From positions 310,001 through 374,000 of the forward strand of contig JAQGDQ010000029.1 in the NCBI GenBank assembly GCA_030141605.1: DNA of 64,000 nt, written 5' to 3'. Source of the stretch: Tubiluchus corallicola. Its lineage: Eukaryota; Animalia; Priapulida. Below, piece after piece: positions 52,408 through 64,000 of the stretch; position 1 is the stretch's first letter, and each line of letters begins with the position of its first letter. The notes beneath the pieces were generated by a model, which was not told where the DNA came from, searched no databases, and was given only the letters and a program-made list of their open reading frames with translations. Made by a program: the position numbers and the translations under genes.

Positions 52408-55400
52408 TTAAAGGAGAGCATTTATTATCAACAACAAAGGTAGAAATAGATTCGCTCCAGCTTTTAATATTGAGCTACTAGAACTTCTGTATTTGTATGA
52501 CTTGAACTCTTTTGTTTTTGCTCCTCCAACTTGTAGACTTCCCAAATCGACATCGCTTTCAGGCAGCGACGGGGGAGGTAGATCGTTTTTACCACCGTCA
52601 TCGCTGGTCACATGAAATTCACCCACGAAATTTGGATGATTTGATACACGTAGCTGGAACACGTCCGAGTTCTGCTGGGGTTTTTTCGTCGTGGTTGTTG
52701 TAGTTGTCTGCCAGAGCGTCGATGGTTTTCGTGAAGGTCGTCTTGTTGTTGTTGTCGTCGTCGTTGACGTTGTAGACTTGGTCGTCGGTTGAGGTTTGAA
52801 TTTAGAACTACTCTTTGGATTGCGTGGTACATTTGTCGGTCTGGCGTCAATGTCAATAACTTCAGGTTCAGAAACGGTATCTGGATCGTGAATGCTGAGA
52901 CCGTAACCTGCTCGCACTGTTGCATCAGGTACCTCTGGCCGAAGTGCTTGTGACCTGTCATTATAAATTGGACCATTCTGGAATTCAGGACCCGTGCCAA
53001 CTCTGATACTCAATCCGTCAAAGGGGTTCTGTGATTGTTGGCGGGATGTAATCAATTGGGGCTGAGTGGGATCCTCTACGGGGCTGAATTGAGCACCTTC
53101 CCTATTGCCGAAGTTCTCCTCTTCGAATTGATCTTCTTCGTTGAATGGTCGTTGTGGGTGGATGTCAAAAGGAGCTTGTGGGCCTAGAGGATCATATTCT
53201 ATCTCATCTGGAATTTCTATTCTAATGCTGCCATCTGTACATCTCTGCCATTGTGGCATAACAGGGCATTCCACGTTATCAATTTCACGTTTTAATATTG
53301 GATCCATGCCTGAAAATACAAAAATGTTATCTTAATAATGGAAAAAAACAGTTTTATAAATTTCCAAATGAAAAGTTTACTTCAGCAAGCAGTGCATTTA
53401 AGTCCTGAAGTATCAGTGAAATAAATTAAGATGACAAGCATAAAATGAACTATTTCTAACAAGTAAGTATTTCGTGCATTTAGTAATGCATGCATTTTTT
53501 TGTCGTTGTGGGTGCTTATTTTATGTTTGCCTTCTTTCTTTTTCTTTTCATTTCCTTCTTTTCGTTCTTTTTTATCCTTCTTCATCTTGATTTTCTTTCA
53601 TTCGTTTCTTATTTCCCAGGTGTTGCTTCCTAATTCCGTTATTTAAGCACAATTACTATAATGTTTTGATCCACAAATACATTAAGACATACTTGGTGGG
53701 TAGTCTGGTTTTCTAGCTTCCACTCCACAAACTGCAACGGCCTCCCTCAGTCTGGAAGGGGTTGCTAAGAATTCCTTGTCATTGGGTTCCAGTCGTTCTT
53801 GCCTCAAATACAGCAGTACGACGTACCTTTGTCCGATTCTTAGCTCGTTTTTGTGACACAGACCCATATCACCTAAAACAACAGAAATATTCATCATTAC
53901 CGAATAGTTGTCATCATTGCAAGAATGTGTCTACACAGATTAAAATTTCAAAAGATACAAAATCTATGCGATAATAGCGGTGCTTCCGTAAACACAATGA
54001 CCTGCTTTAAGGCATAGATTACAAAACGCCCAAAACAGGATTTGACCAGTTAGTGGAATTAACAAATTTACGCGCCCTAGGTAGACGCTGTGCTGGGGTG
54101 AGTGACCTCTTGCACTACACCTTACCTGGCTCCGAGTCGTGTTTACGTGAAATTCAGGTATGAATGGCGGTTACCTTGCACCGTCTCGTACTGTCACTCT
54201 AACTAATTATTTGAAGTCACAATGGGTCATTGAGACACTTAACTCAAAATGTAATTACCTCGAGTTTAAAATTATTCACATGAGCTAGAAAGTTTTGGAT
54301 GTATTTGCCATTTAAACGATTTGCCATCTTATTATCACCTAATGTGTAAGTAATGCATAACTGCATTACAAATTTGTAAAAATAATGTCCAATTCTGCCG
54401 AATTCCTATTAACAGAACACATGTGAAAAGGCAAAAAATGACATTGAGTGCTTGTTTTTTACCAACATTGTTAACAATAAATGAAAATAATCATCAAGCT
54501 AAACATCTTGGTGTCTAGATGTCTTACCTAAATGTCTAGCTGTTACTTTATACTAAGTAACTAATTATTTTTACATGTTACATGTACTACAGGTAGGCTT
54601 AGAATGAACACTATCTAAGTATACCAATAAAAAACAAAATTGGCCCAATATTTAGTTACATTCAGAATTTCAAATACACGCAAATTATTGCTGCTCGAAT
54701 TGTTTATTAGGCCGGCCTAGTATCGAAACTTAAAAATGTGCTTCTGTTTTGCCTATTTTGAACATTAGGTTAGGCAATATGCTATTTTCTTTCGTTTTTC
54801 TGTTGAAAAAAGGCACACAAATCTCTGCTAAGTGCAAGAGCAAACATTTAGCAATTGACTCAGTGGCGGGAAGGATAACCTCTGATGAAACTTTGAAAAC
54901 ACGCTACACAATCCTTAATCCAGGGTCACTATGTCTCTCAACTTCAGTCGGCCAAGTGCAGTTCAAGAGCGATTAAAAGAAAAACAGGAATAGAAACACC
55001 AAACTGCGTGTATGGTATGCGCTTTGTTCTTTTGATTGTACAATAGCGTGAGAGAAAACACCAGAAAAATCATGAAGAACAAACATACCAACAATTTCGC
55101 CAACTTCTTTCAGATTGCAGTTCTCTGTGACTTTTTAACAAGCAACATTCCAAATTTGACAAAACAAACTACATTTTGCTACCGCTTGATCGTTTACTAT
55201 TGTCACGCCATTGCAAATGCGACGTAATTACTATGTTGCAGTTGACTAATTTAATTATATAACCAATTTAAATTAATCCAAATAAGGAGAATGTTTGATA
55301 CATAATCCAGAAGTCTGACTCTACATTTAATGCAGTTTAACCCAGAATTTGATCAAGACTTCTATCTAAGCAGAAGCTTTCGACTAACTCAGTCAAATAG

Positions 55401-58400
55401 TCAAATTTTAACTTTCGATAGACACTTGTAAGTTAGGGGAACCATAGCCAATAACCAAAAAATTATTTGTTCGTCTCTGTATTTAGTTTTAACTGTCTAT
55501 CACATAAAATTGCATTTCTGTACTATGAGCCATATGAAAAAATAACGAGGTAAAGTAAGATGAAAGTAGTTTTAAAATACTGGCAAATTCAAACGGTATC
55601 TGAATCAGTGAATGAAAGACTGGGAGCAGAAGCACTGCAAAGAAAAAAAATTTCTGTCTTTAAAAAAAATTGTAATTTTAGGGTACTTTACTATTGGTAA
55701 AGTCATCGCAGAGTTTTTTTTTGTTTCTTTGCTATCATCGTTATTATAGCGCTTTCTAGTGCAGTGTCGGTCTGCAGTTCATAGAAAATTAGACCCAAAA
55801 TTCGGCTTTGGCGAATACCTGTATAAGTGACGTGCTCAAATGATGCGATTTTAGTGGGGAGTACAGTATAGGAGCACGCCAAGATGTCGTGTTTCGGATT
55901 CCTACCTATAGTCAAATTTCAAAAGCTAGTCACCTGTATCAAGTGCCTTGTGACTTGATTGGGATGAGCTTGTAGAGATCACGTTTCGATTTTTTAAAGT
56001 CATTGGCATTTCAATTTCTAGTTACACACCCTGGGTCCACACCAGTACGAATACAGCCAGCGGGTAAAAAAACAGGTGAAATTGAGGAAGTGAAAAGTGC
56101 GAAAGTTAAAACTTTTAGTTGAAGGTAAAAGTGACAATGGGCAATTTGTAATTATATGGGTGCGATTATATAAGACTTAGTCGGTTTTATTGCTTGCTGT
56201 CGTGTGTGCTTTTCGCTTTTGCTAATTGTATCAGAATGCTGCTGTGCAATTACGGAAACAAAGTGTGCAATGTGCATTTAAGGTAAAGCAAATAAAGATA
56301 TTCGGCCTTTCTCCGGGAATTTATTTGGTTATGTGTGGTCCTCACTCGTTTGCCGGCCCTTACATTACTCATGCAATAACATTACAGTCAAATCATGAAT
56401 TGTCTAAATACAGACCAAATTGCACAACTTCTCAAACATGAATTTTCACAAGTCAGTTTATACAGGCTCTCTGAGTATTATTATCTTATTGTTTTTAATA
56501 AAAGTTAAATTCTCCCAGTTTTTACTTCCCACACTAACTTAGTTTTTTTAGTAATTTTTGTATTGCAGGATAGATAACAATCCGACCCCTTTCCAAGTAT
56601 CCGTGCGTTTTGAACTTGCAATAAGCACAAACCACGAAAACGGCAGCAGTCTAGTCGCAAATTTACCAACCTTTTCCGTCGTTTTCCCAAAAAATCTAAA
56701 ATATCCCGTTAACAATTCATTAACTGCGCGTGTGGCACATGCATTTCTGAGCAGATGCGACGTATCTATACTTTTGGCCGAAGCAAATCTGTGATAAAAA
56801 TTTGCAAGTGCATGCATGAAACACAGTGGAGCATGCTTATAAAAGGGTTTAGCAGGTAGGTTTAGCCTTGTTAAGAATACACAAATTCTTTGAATTTTTA
56901 GCTAGGAAAAACAAAAGGAAACTATTGAATCACAAAATGAAATTTTCAATAGAAAGTTGAATCTTTATCTGCTGGCGCTTTCGTCCTACAAATAGTTGGC
57001 AGAAAAGGGACAATTATTTGATTAGGCTTTAAACAAAAGGCAAACTACCTTCACTCTAGGTTCCAATAGTATTCCAGTCAGCCCTTTGTTTAGGTTTTCT
57101 GCCGGTAAAAATTACGGGATATTTTGCATTGAGGATTTTCCGAGCAATTTTAGCTTAAAATATATGTTTCGCAAATAGCTTTACAAGCAAAAGTCGCAGA
57201 GAACTCAACAAAAGGTCTGATGTGAATAATATTGGAACATACTGCTCGCTTTAGGCCCAATGAAACAAACGTCTTATTTCTACCAACCATTTTAAAACGT
57301 GTTCCATAACTCTATATCATAACCAACTATTTTCTCGGTAAATATCTGTTCATTTAAATTGTGCCATCTGACTTTTCAACCCTGTCTCTATTTGCCACTC
57401 TTTCATCATTTGCTTTATAAAATCTGTATGCTTCATCATCTGTCTGTATAAACAGAAAAAGAATTTGTACGCAGTTTGTAAAATCTGCCCTGTCAGTCTT
57501 TTTGTATTCAGAATTCCCGCTACACAACAAGCTCCTTCAACCAGAACTTGGAATGCCACAACATAAAACTACTAGGAAGTATGTATTGCTCGTGGCAATG
57601 GGTTTGTGGGTCTATGACCAGGCTCGACACGGCTCTATGACCAAGCTCGGATCCTGCCGTGCAAGCCGTGCCTCTGTGTACATAGATAATCATCCAAGCA
57701 GCTTACTGCGTGTCAGATTAAATTAAATAATGGGATATGGGAATCACAATAAGAGGTGTAAGTGAGTGAGAATAAACTCTCACACACTATACGATTATGT
57801 ATACATGTTCTATTGAAAACAAAACAACAGTATTTTTTCTGCATTTTCTATAGATGTTAGGTGCATGCACCAAGCTTGAGCTTTTTCTGTGGGGTCCAAT
57901 AATTTTTACCTGAAACTTGCTCGATTAACTTGGCCCAATGTCTATGACATATCAACTTTCACTTAAAAGATCCCAATGGATTTTTACAAATAAATGTTGT
58001 TCTTCTACGTGTTGGCTTGTACATGCACTTATGATGCCTTGGCACTTGATCTTGTAGCATTGATCTTGTAGCTACATCATAATGTTGGAGCAACGCAGAA
58101 TTATTGCAGAATAATTATACATTAGGCCTATGTTAATGATGTTTTTAAATGATACATTCGTTTCTTGTTGATTTTCGTCTGTTAGAAATTCAGTTTCGTT
58201 TTATTTCTACAAAGTAACAATTAAATAATTACCGCTAAAGCATAATTATCCGACAAAGCAAAAAAGTAACATTTTCCGTCAAGTTCTGGGCGAAACTTGG
58301 CGAACAAACTTTAAACTTTCACCCTAACTTAAAGCACTTCCTAATTCCATTGGTGACTTGCCCTAGGCATAAAAATTTCACTTTGTACACGTTTCACTGA

Positions 58401-61400
58401 GCCGTACGACAAGATGTCAAATTTCTGCCATCGTTATTCGACTGAACATTGTAGAAACTTTTACTCAACGTGCCCATGCGTTCGGGTGTTTGTAAATACA
58501 GATTTTACGCGTCTAAAGTAACACAAATTTGATTTTAAATCATATCCAATTTTGCATTACATAAAACCAAAATAAAAAGGAAAAACCTTAAAATTATTAA
58601 TAAAATCCGTTACGTGATTATTCTTTAAGTATTGTGTTTCGTCATTCGTCAGACAAAACCCAGAACTGCATTAACAATTTTAGAGTTAGATAAATAGTCT
58701 AAAAATTTAAACATGGAGAATTGAATTAACTTAAGGAACAATCGTTACTCAAATAGAAACTTTTTGTTCGAAAACTCACTTTTATTCATCGATTCATTTT
58801 GCTGGAAGGAATGATTTTTGTAAGGCTTATCACACGAGTTTGATTCGTCAGATTTATTATGTTATTGTAATAACATCAAACCTTTTTAAAATTTTACTGC
58901 AATCTACAAATTAGAAAACAAAACAGTAGCCTGACACTGCGTATAAAACGACGTAGTCTTGTTTCACTTTCACGAAAAACCATTTTTATTTATTTAAGTA
59001 AGCTTTATAGCAAAAAAAATAAAAAGCGAAGAATCCACTTTCAGTCGAAAAAATTGCAAAACGGCACTGGATCCACAGAAATACATTAATTACAATTATG
59101 AGTTTTATACAAAGGGCCAATAATTTGGGATATGGGTTTTTCAGCGCTTCTTTAATTAATTAGGAGTGAGGTTAGTTTTTGAAAGCGTGATGTCTTTCTT
59201 AATTTTTCTTAAATTTTGCAGAAAATCACTATATGCAGATATTCATTGGAGCACTGCAAAATGCTTATACTGCTGTACAGCCAATGTTCTCAGCAACTGA
59301 ACTTGTTATTTATGTGCAGCCATTGTGCATTGTGCAATGTAGTGCATAACAACAAACAAAAGATGAACCTAAATTGGTAACCAATGTAAGCTCTCTGTCT
59401 TTACAAATAATCTATTTATAGCAGTCAATACACCTACGTACAGCATAGCTGCTGAAAATTTTACAATAATCGCGAGTAAAATTACAAATATATTTTAAAG
59501 AATCAAATGCTCCAGTACAAGCCTAAATTCTATAATAATTCAGTTTGCAGCGACGAGGCTGAGAAAGTGTCGAAAGCGTAAGAATCGTTTCAGTAAAAAA
59601 TCAAATATTTCCTGCTTCAGAAATAAGGTAGCTTTAATGGTTATGGAAAATGAAACAAATTTGTTTGAGGTTGTATGTTGAATGCTTGAAATTTCTAAAC
59701 TTAAAAGAAACCCGACTAATTGACTTCTCCTTAATGACGTCGTTCGTGTTTTGTTTTTGCCGTCGCTATTATTTGAGAGTATATATTTTGACGGGAAAGC
59801 TGCCGAAATCCGAACACTGGTCAAGTTCTTCTAATGTGGTGTAACTAATGTATATTTCTTGAAAAGTTTGTAGTTACAATAGGTGCAATAATTTTAGCCA
59901 AACTCTGGTAATGTTAAAATTACCCCGTTCAGTAATTGATACCAATTATTGTTCAGCCCCGAGGATTCATTTTAACAAGTCACAGCTGCCTCCTTTGAGT
60001 TCCCTTGGTTAATAACTGCTCATAGTTTTATTTACTGCAATATTTTTCTGCAAATCCAGATAGTGTCGCTTGTGTTGCTTGTGTTAAATACTTTTAAATT
60101 GTATGTTTCTTTGCAGCTAAACAAATTGAATTTAATTATAAAAAATGACACGGTCTGCTACAAAAACGTGGGCTTATATCACACGACTCTATCGTCCTAC
60201 CATTTGATCCCTAACTCTTCGCGGGTTCTTTTTTTCACACAAAATCATCATTGCATTAGGGAAGCCACGCTAAATCCACGCAAGGATAACGAGATTGCAC
60301 ATATTAAACACAAGTCTGCATTAGGCTAAAAATACAAGGCTAAAATTAAGCATTGACATAATTTAATATAGCGTAAAGAAATAATCACAGCTAGAGCTCA
60401 TATCAATTTGTATGTTTAATAGATGGTTGTAATCCATTTTACTTCGCTGGTTTCCATTTCCAGCTTAAAACCAGCTAGAGATCTTTATCTACCCCGGAAG
60501 AAAGCGAAAACTGGAACGCGGTTAAAAGCTTTTACAATTATTATTTATTCCAATAATTATTATTTCAAGAGCTCTAATAATGATGATTTAAAATTTGCAT
60601 TATTATTGTAACGCCGAATCCACCTCAATAACTACCTGCAATGTAACATAATCCATCAGGATTAAAAACAATTCTTAAGTTAGCTACAGGTCATGTCATG
60701 CAGTGTCCCTATGCAAGTTTCACTGTTTATATCTGGGATTTAATTTACCACCATACGAAACCGTTAAAATTGAAAGCAGGGATTGCTTGTAGCTTGATTC
60801 GTATTAGTGATTTATTGATTTACCCACTCGTACTACTCTCATACTCACACAGTATACTCACATTTACATTCTCAGGCACATGTTCTATCTTTATTTGTTT
60901 ATTTGCACATTCTTTTGCTCACTTATTCTTTCATTCATGCATGCGTTCGTTAATTCATTTATCCGTGTATTCACTCACTCATTCATACCTTTTCAGTGCA
61001 GCTCACCATTTATTCAATTGTTAATTTATTTGTTCGGTTATGAGTTTCAAAGCACTTATAATGCCGTAATATAATCCCACAGTAAATATTCGGTTTTCAG
61101 ATTTTTGCGACGCTTTCCCAGTAATCACCCATCACAGAGGCGCAAACTCTTTATCGCAAAAAAGACTATACGGGATATTATTAGGGTACCAAGCTGATTA
61201 TAAATCTTGTAAAATTCACACTAATTTACATACACCTAATATTTGAATTTACTACACTTTGCAAAGTGCAAACCATCTTACCTGCTCCAGTGATATTGAT
61301 GACCGGTCCAATAGCCAATGGTCCACTCTTCAAAACGCAGAAAACTTTAAGCTGTGCCGCAAAAACAAAATCTACATCCTGCGGTCCGTAACCATTAGCA

Positions 61401-61549
61401 ACGTCTGGAAAGTGATGCAAGACTTCGGCGTACAAAACGACTTGAGAGTAGAATACCCTTTGAGGGAAAGTTAGTTGAGCTATATCATCACATGCCCAGC
61501 ACAGTGCAGCAAAACCTGCTAATATTAGCAGTAATTTACCAGATGACAT
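52408..61549 (-). CDS. GPI-anchored cell-surface protein (~449 aa) with an N-terminal NtA/TIMP-like (CCDC3-N-like) domain and a Thr/Pro-rich stalk
   Basis: Three exons joined by phase-1 introns, 1350 nt in total: 61549-61282 (signal MSSGKLLLILAGFAALCWA|C...QRVFYSQVVLYAEV...AQLKVFCVLK...INITGAG), 53872-53693 (DMGLCHKNELRIGQRYVVLL...VCG), 53309-52408 (acidic/Pro-rich, TTKSTTSTTTTTTT, C-terminal SSSSSILKAGANLFLPLLLIINALL* with no cytoplasmic tail). Confidence 0.88.
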
Positions 61550-64000
61550 CGTGCTCCTCTCACACTAGTATACTTTCACTAGTCTTACATTAGTACGCTT
61601 AGTTTCCTTATATACCTCGCTTCCGCGTTCGACACGGTGTCTGCGTCAAGCGTTGCACCGCTTACTTCAGCAATTCTGATCTGATTGCATTTAACAGGGG
61701 GTTCATTTGCCAATTAACCAGATTTCTCTTTCTGTTCATCCAGAATCCTATGTTCTCATTTGTACAACACAAATAATTCTGGTCGAGGAATGTAAATATA
61801 TTTTAATATTTATAAAAAAGTAAAATATAATTGACGAATAGGTGAGTGTTTGAAACGACAGTGCAGTATTAAAATTGATTTTATTTAAAAATGTCGATGA
61901 AGCATTGAAACTATCGTTTAAATTTCTAGAGTTTAAATTTCTGCTCTCAATTTCAAATATCCACGCATACGACAGTTGTATTTAATTTATTCAATACATA
62001 TCAAATGTATTAAAGTTCTCTGTGAGCATTTTTTACATTTTTATATGACGAATCGTAGCGTTTGTTCAAATAGAAGTATAGCTAAATTAGACAATTAGAT
62101 GATAAGGTTCATGTAGTGCCTCACGCCACGTGCTATAATGATGCGTCATGTTTGTTTTTTTTAGAATTCAAGTATTAATACAAACCAAATGCAGTCTTGT
62201 TTTCGAATCTAGCTGTTGTCAACTTCTGGACATATACCCTACTTGTTATTAGTTGTGGTAGCGTTCTTTACCTGTAATGTTGTAAATCTAAGTCGCCAAA
62301 TAGCTGTTATAGCTAATGTTGCCTGTTAAATGGGCGACTGTATTTAAAATTGTCTTTGCCGTTGTCTTTTACGAAACGAGTGACAGTGTCTAATTCTCCA
62401 ATATGTTTCAAGTGGCAGATAAAGGCGTTTGTTCTACCTTTTCGCCTATTTTATTACTGTTTATGAGTTTTCTACATTCGCCGTTACCGTGTTATTGTCG
62501 TACAAAAGTGAACGCTGTTACACCGACGCCTTAATTTCGTTTACAAATATAAATGTGTATTTTAAATTTCTCCATCACTTCAGCGTTTGCATTTACTATG
62601 CAAACATAATTTCTCAGAAAGCTGGTTATTTTGCTGATGGACATGAACAAGTTGTATTGATCATAGACACCTGCTGAAAAGCGTTGAACAAATCCATCTC
62701 ATTTTCCAAGCAAATAATTCAGAACATACATGTGAGAATGACGTCATTTAAATAAACAGGTGAAACAGACGCGTGTCGATCATTTCAACATGGTTTTGTG
62801 TTTGCTCGCATGTGAAATGACAAATATGGTCAATCACTTGTTCCACATGTTGTTATCGCAGATTTGCCATTGTTGAAAGTATTAAAATTGATTTCCTTTG
62901 AAAGCTCGACGAAGCTTTTGTATTATTTAAATTTCATCTGCAAAAATAGCTACACTCAAGTGGGAGCACGCTTCCATCTACCTATAGTTCAATATTCATA
63001 CGCAAGTTGCACGACTGCTTAATTCGAGTTCGAGTTATCGACAGAACTGCTTCGAGTTACACTTTTAAGCAAGGTGGCTTTTGTCGTGGTTTAGTATATA
63101 ACACCTATTCCAGTATCCAACACTCTGTTTGAACAAAATGGTATGTCTTACACAAAAAATGAACCATCAGTCAGATGTTTCCCTACATGGCAGTCCGTAT
63201 CACTGTTAAATATAAAGTGGAAATAAATAACATTTGAGATAGTCAGACTGCAACAGCCTAGTTACCCTAGTATGTACGTATTCGCCGTTAGGCCCGTCAC
63301 ACGGTTGAGTCAGCAAGCAATAACAAACTGACCACAAAAACAAGACAACAACAACAATCCAAGCAAGTACTGTAGACAGGACGACAAAGACATTGTTGGT
63401 AAAGATGTTCCTAATTTTAATAGGGCTGGTAGACGTAAATTACTCCTAAAATTGTCATACGTTTAACTCAGGTTTTTGCAAATTGTCTGTGCATATAGCA
63501 AAAAGTGAAAACAATTTTCGTAGTAATTGCTAAATACTAAATGATCGCTTAAAATCACAACATTTGTTTACCTTTTAACTACCTTTTATTACTTTCTAAA
63601 ACCATTAGATTTACAACGCCGTTCATGAAAAAAAAACTGGCTGTGAATTGCTTGGGTGTAGGCCAGTGTTAACGTCAACGTCGTTGTTGTCATCAATTGT
63701 CATCATCATCATCAGAATAAGATTCAGAAACAGAATCATTATCATCATTATGACGTCATTGTTATATTGTCGGCATCATTATCGATATATTCTTTTTATG
63801 AAAAGTTTCTGCAAATTGAGTTTTAACTTATAAAGCATACAAAGCTTAACAAGATCACGTTTTGACTCCGTACCAATTGGCAAGGGAACTTGGCGTCAAA
63901 GTGCAGTAAGTGCTTGATGTAGTCTGGAATCAATTCCTCCACTATTAGTCTTATATATTACTCATTTACAAGTGATCACATTCATGTAGCTTAGCAGTAG

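Noticed and set aside
54000-61200. Numerous 60-100 aa ORFs in the 7.4-kb intron and in other intergenic DNA
   Set aside because: Many have non-ATG starts, and none shows a domain or consistent splice support; consistent with chance ORFs or TE debris.

Overview
AT-rich, intron-containing eukaryotic DNA from an invertebrate metazoan. No prokaryotic features, CRISPR arrays, intact tRNA or rRNA genes were seen. I assembled genes by hand from GT-AG splice sites and phase matching. Four multi-exon genes are well supported: (1) a 10-exon secreted mosaic protein (EGF + unnamed ~195-aa domain + discoidin F5/8C + PAN/apple; minus, 6347-14340); (2) a 6-exon minimal astacin metalloprotease (plus, 21965-29891); (3) a 14-exon class B1 calcitonin-receptor-like GPCR (minus, 30710-39733), tail-to-tail with the astacin; (4) a 3-exon GPI-anchored NtA/TIMP-like-domain protein with a mucin-like stalk (minus, 52408-61549). 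There are three single-coding-exon orphans: a 69-aa single-pass microprotein with an RRRS motif, a 123-aa secreted protein just upstream of the astacin, and a 285-aa probable nuclear protein with a CtBP-type PVDLR motif. Non-coding DNA holds a hAT deletion derivative with an 8-bp TSD, several MITE-like palindromes, LINE and SINE remnants, and phase-locked 'graded' microsatellites (3-, 4- and 5-mers) that change unit stepwise. No previously undescribed system can be demonstrated from sequence alone. The best leads are the orphan peptide/astacin/GPCR neighbourhood, the phospholamban-like microprotein, the unnamed domain and the graded microsatellites.
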